Assembly: GCA_000165425.1 (NCBI GenBank)
Contig: CT868285.1
Location: 372,001 to 436,000, forward strand
Length of the DNA stretch: 64,000 nucleotides
From: Paramecium tetraurelia
Taxonomy: Eukaryota
Direction: 5' to 3'
Shown: positions 13,901 to 26,000 of the stretch, in pieces
Layout of the letters: every line of letters begins with the position of its first letter
How positions within the stretch are numbered: position 1 is the first letter of the stretch
Program-made: the position numbers and the translations under genes
The notes under the pieces: model-generated
What the model saw: the letters and a program-made list of their open reading frames with translations, nothing else
Told to the model about the DNA's origin: nothing
Database searches by the model: none

Positions 13901-14528
13901 TTGGTTGTTAATTAATTTTTAGAATAATCAAATATTTCTTAACTAAAATTTAAAATATTTAAAAAATTACCTTAATAATCTAAGCAATTTCAAGTTGTTC
14001 TCACATAGGTTTTAATCTGTTTTACTTAATTCACAAATTTCAGGTATAAATGATACCCAAGTTGTCTTCCACTCGTGTTTTAATATTTATATTATAATCA
14101 TGTTTATTTAATTTAATAAAGATTCCTCGATTGAATCATGTTGGTCTTTTGCTCCAAAATGTAATAGTTATTTAAGAATAAAACCTTTAAGTCCTAATCT
14201 AGATTCTTCACGAATCAAATTCCATTTAGTTTTAATTTGTTCTTCAAGTACTTTCAAAGCTAAAAATTTAGTTTGATTTTATTTGCATAACAAAATGACC
14301 TAGTCGGTCATTGTCCAAAAGAATTAATCATTCTGTAAATCAACCCATATTTTAGTACAGGCAGTGATCTAAATGATATGAAATAATGTTTACAATTTAA
14401 ATGTTACTAGATCTCATTCCAGAAGTGACGAGATCAAGAGCTACTGCTTTTTAATCATTGAATGCTTAGGAGTGATCGAACAGCAATTGACTTGCCTAAA
14501 CAAGAGTATTATAATCGACTTCAGCCAT
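10911..14528 (-). CDS. XPO1: Exportin-1 / CRM1
   Basis: Importin-beta-type N-terminus ([17 protein letters not shown]), [13 protein letters not shown] acidic loop, [31 protein letters not shown]-groove Cys, [29 protein letters not shown]. Several ~25-nt introns plus one 148-nt intron. Confidence 0.95.
12740..12887 (-). other. Unusually long (148 nt) structured GT..AG intron in XPO1
   Basis: Removing GTAAATTAAC...TTTTTAG joins KLDKQ to MDGSEWSF, the conserved CRM1 segment. Contains a perfect 11-bp inverted repeat (12804-12814 / 12825-12835). Confidence 0.85.
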
Positions 14529-14605
14529 ATTTTAATTATTTTAAGGAAATCAAAATTAAACAATGATAATTAAATATACGCAAATATAATAGTTTTAATC
14601 AATGA

Positions 14606-15159
14606 TCAAATAGTCTAGAAGTATTAATTTTTTCCACTCTCTATATATAATCGTCGACATTGTTTTTAGACTTAAACATTCCCATAATCCCAAAACCACT
14701 GGCCCGGTCATCGAATGAATGAGAAGTTGCAACTCGATTGTTAAATAACTAGTTTTTTATTGGTTTCTTAACCCTTTAAATACAATCCATCAGTCTTTTA
14801 ATCGATTCATCCAAAATCTTATGATTCTCCTATTGAATTTGCAGATGCTGATATTATTGTTCTATCTCGAATTATAAGTCTTCACATGCATCTAATCTGA
14901 GATGAAGTTCCTTTTTTTGTTTGATCAATTGGATCTCCTTCTCCTCAATCTACTTCTACTATTCTTCCTTTAGATTTTGCATAACCTGTATCTTCTCTAT
15001 TTCCCTGAGTTCTTGATCTTGCTATTGCTTGATTAATTTCTGATCTCTTATTTGTTATTTTAATAACTCAATTTATCCCTTGAGAAGTAAATTTTTATTT
15101 TCAGTTTGGCATTCTCTCTAAATAATTGCCTATAGATTTTACTCAAATCTTTCATTCAT
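14606..15159 (-). CDS. Coiled-coil hypothetical protein (5' end uncertain)
   Basis: Open code-6 frame MNERFEQNLQAIIQRECQTENKNLLLKGQIELLKQQIRDQK..., E/K/Q heptad-rich, ending FQTI-TGA. Confidence 0.6.
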
Positions 15160-15375
15160 TTTTTCTATGAATTAATAATAGTAAAAATGTCTTAAAAAAT
15201 ATATTTATATACAAAATTTATTTAGTTTTTCGATTGCTTAAGAAGTTGACATATTAAATGTTTTCCTATGAATGAGCAAAAGCAGTTCAGAAATAATAGG
15301 AAAGGGAATGAAAAATGGAAGAAAACACGATTGATTTAATTTCTAATTTCTTTTTTTTCTTTATTTGATCCTTTC

Positions 15376-16070
15376 TCATTTAGAAGATGATGACTTGTGT
15401 GACTATCTCTATTTATTGCTAACTGATGATCTGGACCTTGAATTTGTATTAGATCTCTTGCAACTGGTACTTTTCTTCCTCTTATTATCTCTCCTTGGAC
15501 TTCTGCTCCTTCTGCTGTATCTGTTTCGCTTCTTAGAGTCCCTCCTTCTCCTCGAGTGAGAAGATGAATAAGAAGAATACGAACGAGACCTTGAATTTGA
15601 TCTCCTTGATCTTCTATGTCTGCCCAATTCATAAAAACAATTAAATACCGTGATCTCGAATCAGAATACCTCTTTCTCCTTGGTGACGATCTGTTTGGAC
15701 ACTCCCTAGCCCTAAACTCTTAACATCATCATCATTACCAATGCCCTCCTTTTCCACATTTGAAGCATTCGTCATTCTCTTAAGGCCCACTTCTACGTCC
15801 TTTTCGATTGTCAACTACATCAACTTTTAATTTCTATCCGTTAATCGTTTATCCGTTAAGTGCCTTAAGAGCATCCTCAGCTTCCGATTCCGATTAAAAT
15901 GTCTATTTAAATAGAAAAACACATCTTACAACAAAAGAGTACGATCCCTTATAGGCAACATCCTTTATATTACCATATTTTTTGAATATGTCCTTTATGC
16001 CCTTCTCATCAGGTATTTTGTTACGACTGTAACCAGCAACGAACAATTAATTTGGCACTATCTCACCCAT
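15376..16070 (-). CDS. SR splicing factor: RRM + CCHC zinc knuckle + RS domain (SRSF7/RSZ-like)
   Basis: RRM (QLFVAGY...KGSYSFVTF...AEDALKALNGQTINGQKLKVD), CFKCGKGGHWAREC knuckle across an intron, then an RS-rich tail. Confidence 0.9.
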
Positions 16071-16740
16071 ATAATAAGATTTAATTTTTAATAATCAATC
16101 TTAATTTTTTACTTAATTCTAAACTCAATTAATCATCAAACACTTATGAAACTTCAACAACACCATCATTCATTAAATTACATCTATGGATAATTATACC
16201 TTGCTCAAGTTCTTATATACTTACATATGATTTATTAAATTTACAATTCTATAAAGAATTCTTGTAGAATTACTTTAATTATATTGTATTTAATAATAGT
16301 TTATAACTTTAAAGTATTTTATTCAATTCGCATCCTACTTATGGTTACTATTAAATTTATCAAAGTTCTTATGTAATGTGTAAATAAATTACTGCTTGAA
16401 TACTTACAAGAATAGTGAAAGCTAAAGCATTACTTAAAACTTTCAATCTCACTCTTAAAATTATTGTAATAGCAACAACAAATATAAAAACCTAGAATTA
16501 CAGAAAAACTCATTTTAAACTAAATGATTGGTATAAGATAGAAATAGAATATTAAAAAGAAAGAATATTAAAATTTATAAAATTAATTTGATTTACTGCA
16601 AATGAAAAACCAAAAGTATTATAATGACTATTTTTTGATTAACTTCTCTAAAATAAAACATTCATATGCAAAGTATTACTTCAAAATATATATTATTTTT
16701 AATTATTATAAAACAAATACATAATTCTTAATTACCATTC

Positions 16741-17894
16741 TCATGTGAAAATTCTACTCAAAAAAGACTTAGTATCCCTTTCCCATGCCTATTAAATTAT
16801 TGCATGTTCAGCTTCTGTAAATTATAAAACAGTTGCAATTACAGGTATCGTTTTTTATTTTACCTTTTGATTAATGGATATAATTACTGAATACTCCTCT
16901 GTAAAAAAGCGTATGATTATATTTTTAATATATTGAATATTTGCATTCTTTTAATTCTCTTAGCATAATAGATCAATTTTAATATTCTTTTCTCTCAATT
17001 CCTTAGTGAGTTAATCAATGGTATTTTCTAATAATTAGATTTACTATCTACCATTTTCAAAATGCTAGATTTCTGTTTTAAATTATATAAAAAATACTTT
17101 GTTCTCTTTCCATCTTTCTTTCTTCTTCAATTTCAAGTAGTCTTTATTTATGCTCCTTGGCTTGCTACTCTATCAAATTAGTTTACTCCTACTATTATTA
17201 TATTAACTCATAAATTGTTTAATTCAAGGTAATTAAGTGCTATTTAAGAGAATGCAATTATGGACTACAAGACTTAGTTTATATATAAATGTACTTTCAA
17301 TAACTACAACAATAGCAGTTTAATTTTTGCCTCACAATCTGTGCTTTAATCAACAAGAGTTAAGGAGGTCTCTCTGATTTCTTCAGATTAGTTAACTAAT
17401 TCATTAATATTGAGTATGATTTCCTATTTATACTTGTCAAATTCGTTTTATAAATCATTAAACAAAGTAAGTATTTCTTATTTTTTCTTATCACTTTAAT
17501 GACATTCTTACTGCAATATTTTCATTCTCTAATCGTATTGTTATGCAACAACTAAAATATCATCTTTGGATTTAGAATAATCTAGTAATTTGATATCTTC
17601 ATGCATTTATGAATTTAGCTGTTTATTGAATTCGCTCTCTCTTACCCATTCAATTCCATTATTTTTAATACATATCCATTCAATTTCTTCTACTTTTACT
17701 TTGGCTAAAACTCTTTCACACACAATCTTCTTTTCATCTCCCAAATATTTATTGACAATTTATTCTAGATTATCATTCTTTTGTTTTTCATCTTACAATT
17801 ATTGATTTCTTTCAGCGAGATCTGCTCTCAATTTATCGATAGTTAATTTAGCTTTAATTATTAATTATTTTTGTTATTCAATTTTTTCTTCCAT
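16741..17894 (-). CDS. Coiled-coil golgin with C-terminal GRIP domain
   Basis: Long coiled coil ending NIQYIKNIIIRFF...TIPVIATVLQFTEAE...AW, which matches the GRIP consensus (xYLKNV...IPVIATxLxFSxEE). Confidence 0.75.
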
Positions 17895-17903
17895 TAATAA
17901 ATT

Positions 17904-20735
17904 ATGCAATTAACAAATAAAATAGTTATTGGAATAATTATTGCTTCATTTCTACAGTGGTATAATTATTCCTTTTTCATTGGCTTTGTAATTGGATGCT
18001 CGGCAATTCTGTGTATTGAGTATAACTATATCATGGATTATCTAAAACAAAAGCATAAGAATTATGAGGTGAGCATCACAAGCTGTAAAATTTTAATATA
18101 AATAAAAAGTAAAATAACACGTGGATGAATATTTGCACCCTATTAAATAGAAGAGGAAGCATTACATAAATAAGTTCAATTCAGAATTACAAATTGAAAA
18201 CCCACAGCCCAAATAAGAAGATAAATAATCTATACAACAAATTTCTGTATAAAAATTATAGAGAAAAAAATTCTTAAAAAGATTAGACATCTACTTAGAG
18301 TTCTTTGAAGGGATCAAGGTAACAATCTAAGTTATTGTAGGAATCAGAGCAACAATTTGGTCAATAATTAAATGATTTAGATAGTAAATTGTTGTCAGAA
18401 AATGAAATTACCATTGTAGATAAATACACCGAGGAGGGAAATGACATCATATAACAATTGACAGGCATTTAATTGAGCTCTAAATTATACTTGTACTTAC
18501 CCTAATGGAAAGACTTTAAGAAAGTATTAAAATAAATTAGTCAATGCCATACCGAAGTCTCTTAAGACATGTATAGAGTGAGTCTTCAACTCCACTAACT
18601 CAGGAAGGGGTATCTTAAAGATGTGGAAGAGATAAGAAAACAAAGAAAGAAATTGAAACACCAAACAGTTGAGATCTATTAACATTACTAGAAGATTTTA
18701 AATGAATTTGTACAAAATGAAAAAGATTTATAAACGTTTACTTAAGCTCATTCAGAAATGCTCAAGAGAAAAGATGATCCTACTCAAATCATTAAAAGCG
18801 AAATGAAAGTGAAATTATAAATGCAGTAATCAGATAATATCAGATTGAAATTAACTGATGCCAGGGATAGAATCAAAGAAAATTAAATAGAAATTAATGA
18901 GTTTAATTAAAAAATGCAACAATTTCAAGTTAATTACGAAGAATAAAGAGTTATATTTGTAAAATAGGGATTCCAAGCATTCTTAATAACATCTGAGAAT
19001 TATGCCAGTCAATTTTAAACCTATATCTCCACATTGATAGTCATTATTGATGAAGATTATTGTAATCATATCTCATTAATTCATTAGACCAAATATATCC
19101 CTCAAGATAAAATAGGAGTCCAAAATCACCCCAAAAACAAGTGTTGGAAAATCAATAACAAGGTTAACTACTTGAACTTGAAATCAATGAATAAATAAAA
19201 GAAATTTAAAGGCAAACAACCTATTAACTCCAACAATGGTAAATAGTCTAAAAGTATAATGAAGAATTGGAATACTTCTTTAGAGATACAATCTAAATAT
19301 TGAACCAAATGACTATTGATAAGGATTTTTCACTTGTAAAATAGTAAGTAGAACAGGAAAAATAGGATGTATCAAGTGTTTTCAATATACTCTTTTCTAG
19401 TTTAGTTAGTGTTATTAAAATAATTAAAGATACTAATAAATAGTTAGTTGATTAGGTCGAAAGGAAGAGATAGGATATAGCTAAATGTAGATTAGATATG
19501 TCTATTGGAAAGGAACTTGAGATTTGTGCATTGCGAGAATTAAAAAAATTGCAAAGTCTTAGTACTGATGAAAAAGCACTTGAATAGTATTAAAATGATT
19601 AAGTGGATAAATCAAAAACAAAAAAAGCAGCTTAGCATTTTTTTAATGAAATGAAACAAAATATTTCTGATGTAAAATCCTTAAACTTTGGGAAATTTTA
19701 TGCAACCATAGGATAAACAGTATCTAAGGTCTAAAAGATGAGCAATTTAAAGGAAGATGACTTAAGAGAGTAGTAGGTTAAATTAATGGAAGACAAGAAG
19801 GCTTTGATTTAGTTATAAGGATTTACATTAAAAAAAATGGAGGATTTTCTCATAAAACATAGTAAATTAGTAGCCAAAATGAAAAAAACATTAATTGAAG
19901 ATTTAGGCAGATTTGCTATTTAAATCTTCACTCATCTAAGAATGATAGTTGATGAAAGTAACATTTTTATAACTTATAATAGCAACGGAAAATATCTAGA
20001 TTATGTAATAAAAAGAAAGCTTAGAAAATTAAACTGAATAATAAGTGTTGTAAAATGAGAAGGAGGATACAACTTGTCAGAATGAAGAAATTGTAGAGGA
20101 TCTTAATGTGAGTACAACATCTTTGTTACTTTAAAAATTATTAAAAGTCTTAGTGAATGATTGGAAGGAAAGCGAATATTTCAAAGGCAAAATAAAGAAA
20201 ATGCTACATAAAGCATTCAATAAGAAGAGGGTGACTATGCTGTCAGAAATCACAGTAACTGATTTAAAAATTGCTGGAGATCCTCCATCCTTATCTGAGA
20301 TAAAAGCATTAAGATAAGATGTTAATGAAGTAATGTTTAGAATCTATCTTAGTTTTTGTGTGATTTGGATTTATCTTTCAGGGGAAAAATCTAAATTGTT
20401 TTAAATACAAACATCATTATAAATTGGCCTAAGGAATACTAAGTGCCTGTCGAAATCAAAGTTACTATCTCTACTTTTACTAGTAGGATTAGATTGTGCT
20501 TCGTACCCACGTATCTTGGAAAGAGTTGGTATAATCAATTAAGATAAATTTAAGGCTTTCTATGATAGGATAACCAGTAATAAATTTAGATATCGAACCG
20601 ACTCTCTTGTAGAAGTATAATATTGCCAAAATCCAATAAATTGCTGATTTGATTAGAGAGTTTTTAATTGGAAAGGTAAAGTTAATGACTTACCCGAATA
20701 AATTATCAATAAAAATACCTTTGAGTAAGAAATGA
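17904..20735 (+). CDS. Membrane-anchored protein with long helical region and C-terminal SMP (TULIP) lipid-transfer-like domain
   Basis: N-terminal hydrophobic hairpin (IVIGIIIASFLQWYNYSFFIGFVIGCSAILCI) and several hundred helical residues. C-terminus LSEITVTDLKIAGDPPSL...DLDLSFRG...PVEIKVTISTFTSRIRL...PVINLDIEP...MTYPN resembles MMM1/TEX2-type SMP domains. Confidence 0.7.
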
Positions 20736-20831
20736 ATACTGATATTATTTTATAAATTATATAAATTCTAAAGAGTTTCAATTGGAAAAGCATTATTTTT
20801 TTTATTTTTTAATTTCTAAAGCTATATTATT

Positions 20832-21939
20832 ATGAAATCACAAATTGTTAACAATTAAAGATATTATTCATGCTAAGATGAAGATGGAAATTCTACAAGG
20901 ATGCTTAGAAATTCTAACAATTCAGTTAGGATACTTACAGACATTCAATTGTAAACAACTTTAATTATCATTAGGCCCTAATAAATGTCAAAAAGCACTC
21001 AAGATGCTTATGAAAAAGGGGAAAGCGAGATGAAGAATAATATCTTTGACAACGTTATTAAGGAGAACATTATTGGATTCTCAATTGATATTTATAATCA
21101 TTATATCATCCAATGTATTTTAGAAAAAGGACTGAGTGAACACAAAAGCTATGTTTTAAGACAAGTCGTAGAAAATATGGATTTATTTTGCTATCGGAAA
21201 TATGCCTACAAAATAGTACAGGCATGCTTAACTTAATTCCAAAACAATTAAATCATCTAATACATAATTGATAATATCAAGAGACTATAATTTGATTAAT
21301 ATGGAAATCTCATCATTAGTACACTTTTAGACACTATTCAGAATGATGAATAATTTGCTTAAATAATAAACAAATTATAAATCGATAAAATCAAATATCA
21401 TCAATATGGTTGTGTAATTTTGATTAATATGGTCACTTGCCCCAAAGCTAACCATGTGGGTCCTATAATCAATAAACTTATCTAAGAAAGCATTCAATTA
21501 TCAAAATCTTAGTTTTCGAATTATATCATTTAGAAGATGCTAAAAGAAAGAACAATTGAGTAAAATAAGGTTTTAATCAATGAATTCTTGATTCCAAATT
21601 TTGTTGAGTTATCATGTAATAAGTTTGGAAGTAATGTTTGTGAAATCATGGTCACTAAATCACTTGCTTATTAACTCTAGAATTTATGGAATTTAGTCAT
21701 TAAATAGTATGATTTTTATTTATTTTAGGAATCTGAGATCACTTTTGAATAATGAGTATGCAAACTACGTCATGCAAAGATATTATGCTCATATTATGAT
21801 GTTTAATTACATTCTAGATGAGTTTTAATAATCATTATTTGAAATGAATAAAAAACAATTATTAAACCAGAATGGTAAAATTGTTTATCGATTTGTCAAT
21901 CAATGTAATCAAGTAGTCCAATAGTATCAATAATATTGA
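20832..21939 (+). CDS. Pumilio/PUF-repeat RNA-binding protein (divergent)
   Basis: ~36-aa repeats: DIYNHYIIQCILE, RKYAYKIVQACL, DQYGNLIISTLLD, HQYGCVILINMV, SQFSNYIIQKML, NKFGSNVCEIMV, NEYANYVMQRYY. Confidence 0.85.
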
Positions 21940-22010
21940 GACTTATGATTCAAAAATTATGATTATTATATAAAAATTATATAATAATTAAAATTACACA
22001 AAAAAAAAGA

Positions 22011-22912
22011 ATGAAAGATTTTACTAAATTCGTACTTTGTGCTTTGAGCGGAACAATTTTTGGTCTTCTATATAAATTTAATAGAGAAAAAATTAACAAA
22101 AATTAAATTGAATTAGACATTCTTAAAAATTAGAAGAGTGTTAACGTGTCGCAATTGAAGTATATCATTTAAATGAAAAAGGGATTCATTTTCCATAACA
22201 GATGATAATCAATTAAGTTTGTTTGTCGAAGGATAGGTAGGATAAAATCAAGAATTATTAAAAAGTACAAATAGCAAACATGTTGGTGTCTTAATTAAGA
22301 AATCAAAATATGAGATAGAAACTATAGAAAATAATGGTACGAGTGCACAATAAAGAAGATTAGTTAGCGCAACAATAGATAGTGCATCTTCATTTATTTT
22401 ATAATCATAACAAAACTCAAAAGAGAATTTACTTATCAAAAACTTTTAAGAGACAATTATTTTACCAAAAGTCTTAAAACATCAAAAAACTGATCAATTC
22501 TTAATCCCTCCTGAAGTCAGAACAAATATGAGAGAGCCTAAAACGTAAATCTTATGAGATAATTAGGGATGAAGAAAAAGCAGAATTTAAGGAGGGAAAA
22601 ATTAAAAAGTTTATAACAACTATTTCAAAAATTGGAGTGGAAATAAAAGAAGACATTCTTTGCGAAGGAACTTTCATGTGTGTTTATGGAAATGTTATTT
22701 TTGATAGAACTTACAATACTTTTAGAATAACAGCACCTAAATTTTTTGCCATCAGCAAAGAATAAATTATTGGATATTTTGAAGCCGACTAAAATACATT
22801 GAAATTCTTACAGATTTTAATGGCCATTGGAGGAATAGTAATATTTAAATCATATATAGACTTTTTCTATCTTTGCTTTAAAATATTTATATAAGACTTT
22901 GTTTACTAATGA
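22011..22912 (+). CDS. Two-TM protein, GIDE-like (MUL1/SP1-type) without evident RING
   Basis: N-terminal TM (FVLCALSGTIFGLLY), VEGQV, GVEIKEDILCEGTFMCVYGNV, C-terminal TM (ILMAIGGIVIF). Family assigned by motif recall only. Confidence 0.5.
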
Positions 22913-23091
22913 AAAAAAATAGAAATTTGAGGTCTAAATAAAAACAATAGAATGATAATTCATCTATCATTGTACAATTATTATAGATTATTAAAATTAT
23001 TAAATATATTTGAACACTTCTAATTATCTATTCGTAATAGTATAATTTATTCCATTTATAAACTTTTCTTTTTATATTTAAAATGTAAATT

Positions 23092-26000
23092 TCATTATTC
23101 TAATTCTTCTTCCTCTTTAATTGATTGCATTTCTGCTTTTTAAATAATTTTCTTTTTTAATTTTATGCCTGACTTCAAATTTTTCCATTTAATTGCTAAT
23201 AGTTCTTTATTTCTAGCCAAAAGTTCATCCTCTTTTTCTTAAAAATTCCGAATATTCCTTTGACAAGCAGTAAATTCATTAGATAATTTTCTTAATTATT
23301 CAGCTACATTAATTCCATGACTAATCTAAAGTTGTAATTGTGAAAGTAGCTCCAATAATTAATTAAAAAAATGAAGATCTAACGAATTACCTACTTCATG
23401 TCTTTGGTTTATGATATTCCTAAGATATAATTAAATGTTACTCTTATATAGCAAATGCTTCTTTTAGATTCTCTTCAAATTTAATATTCTACTTATTAAA
23501 ATACTTGTTAAGGACCTTATGATTCAAACCATAAAATTGTTAAAATTTTACAATCTCAAGCTACGATTGACTTTACTGTTCTTACTTAGTTAAGGATTTA
23601 GTTTCTGCAATAATGCTTTTATATTTCAACCATTTAGTAATTAATTATTTTCCATTCTATTTTATGGACTCAGATTACGCTTAGTAATTTTCCCAGTTTG
23701 ATAAACATGTGCTATAAATTTGTTAAAGTTCTTGTTCATTTTTTGAATTAATTATATCTAGAGCAACAATTTATAAATCTAAATATTTAGGAATGTATAA
23801 GAATTTTTATTGTTTTAAGTATTCTTTTTGTCTAGTCGGTAAATCCTTAACTATAAATAGCTTAAGTTTTTAGTAAAATTTATATTTTGAGTCAAATTCT
23901 ATTATTTTAGATATTTATTCAATTATCTCTTTAGTTAAAGTAGGTAAATTGACAATAAAAAGAATAAGTAAAATATTACCATAAAATTCATAATGTTCTG
24001 AATTGCAATAAGCAAGAAACTATTCCAAAATGTCTAAATACTCTACAACAATTTCATGATTGTTAATTTTAAATATTGGGGCTTCAATCTTCTTTTCTTG
24101 CAATCCTTTTACAAATTCAAGAAAAACACAAGGCACTATAATCTTTTGCTTCTCCTCATCTAGAAGTGAAATTAGGATTGCTAGCCCTACTCTAATTAAG
24201 TGGTATAGCTGCTCATCTAAAAATAATACATTCTAAAGTTCTGAACTAAATTCAGCAAAGCAACCGAGTAGATCTTCAGTAATATTCTATTCTTAACACT
24301 CTAAGAATTCTATATATTTTATATAAGGACTAGTGATGTTTGGTTTCTTCATTTATTCAAGTGTAAAAATAGCCAAAGGAAGATCATTTATGTAATTTAA
24401 TAAATTTATAGCTAAAACAATTTTGGTATGCTATTTCTTTTCTTAAAACATTTACAACAGAGAAATACTCTCAGCTCTAAGAAATCGCTTAACGCTAGAA
24501 GATAGATTTGGATTTCTAATATTAGTTTTAATCAATATCTTGAAAAAGTCTAATTAATGAAGCTATTTTGTTTGGCTTAGAATTGAAGATGTATGTTTAT
24601 CAATCTCTGTATTTCTAAAACCATTATTGTAGTTTTTAAATTATTTGTTAGGCAGTTGTTTAGGTTTAAATATAAAGGGTAACACATTTTTTTATTTTTA
24701 TTCTAAATAATATAATTCCTATAGGGATAATAAAGTCTAGCTCATGTATACATTTTGAGTAAATTTAATTTGTTAGTCATTCTAATTCAGGTAATAATCA
24801 TTCAATTTTTCTGAAATTTTGTAAAATAGAACTGATAGCATTTCAATAAAGGATTTATGAATTGCCTACAAAACTACAGGATATGGTGTCAAAATGTATT
24901 CAAATCCAATATCAATAAATTTTATTTACTATTATTCTTACTCTTGAGTATTTTTCTATCTGTCTTTTTACACTTATTGTAAATGGGATATTAAAATAGA
25001 AGTCAAATGAACAATGGCAAATTAAGAATAGTGATCCATTATTTCTCCTTGAGGCAATGAGACTTAATATAGGAATGCGAATGAATCAAAGATATTAGAA
25101 TTTTTAGTAAAATTTTGCATTTAATTAAGAAAGTAAACTTAAATATCAATAAATTAGGTTATATCCTAGTTTACTTCCTTATCTAAAGTTGACATTTTCC
25201 TTAAGATTAAATGAGATAGGATTATTGCTTCTAATTACTTCAACTACTAACAATAGTTTAAATTTGAACTCGTGATTTAACTATTTATAATTATATCTTC
25301 TTTGATTTGAGGATTCAATTATTAATTGTTTTAGAAATAATTAATAGTAGTTGAAAATAATGGATTGAAGTTTTGACCTCTTGATTAAAGTGCCTCTTAA
25401 ACATTCTATATGTATTAAGATTTACTAAAGTTAAACTATTCCTCCTCATTAAGTTCTCTCTTTTCTTAAATTTTTGATATAACGCTAATGATATCCGATA
25501 TACTATTAAAGGATTTACACAAATTGAATGCATGTTCATAATTTAATTGATATATGACAGTCTTCCAATATCCTAAGCCTATCAATTCTTTATAGGATTC
25601 AATTCCAAAACTATTTAATGTACTAAGTTTGTCCTCAAATTTAAATTATAAGAATATTGGATTTATAGATTCTAATACATTGTTAATAGCTAACTAGGAT
25701 ACTGCTGCCTATTCTAATATTTACTTTCTATAAAGCTTATTTGCTATAATCTAATAGTTGTTTCTCAAGGGACTTCTTGTTAAAGGAGTGTAGATCGAAG
25801 CTGAAGACACTAGATATCTTCCTAAATGCTAAGCCAATTTAAATTAGTTGCAAACATAAATGCACAATTTATAGCTTTTAAATTGTTCTAATAGATCCAA
25901 TATTATATAGATAGTATCAATATCTATATTATCTAAATCATATAAAAAGTTGATCATGTGATCAAACTCTTTTTCCTCACCTGCTCTATTTGATAGCAAT

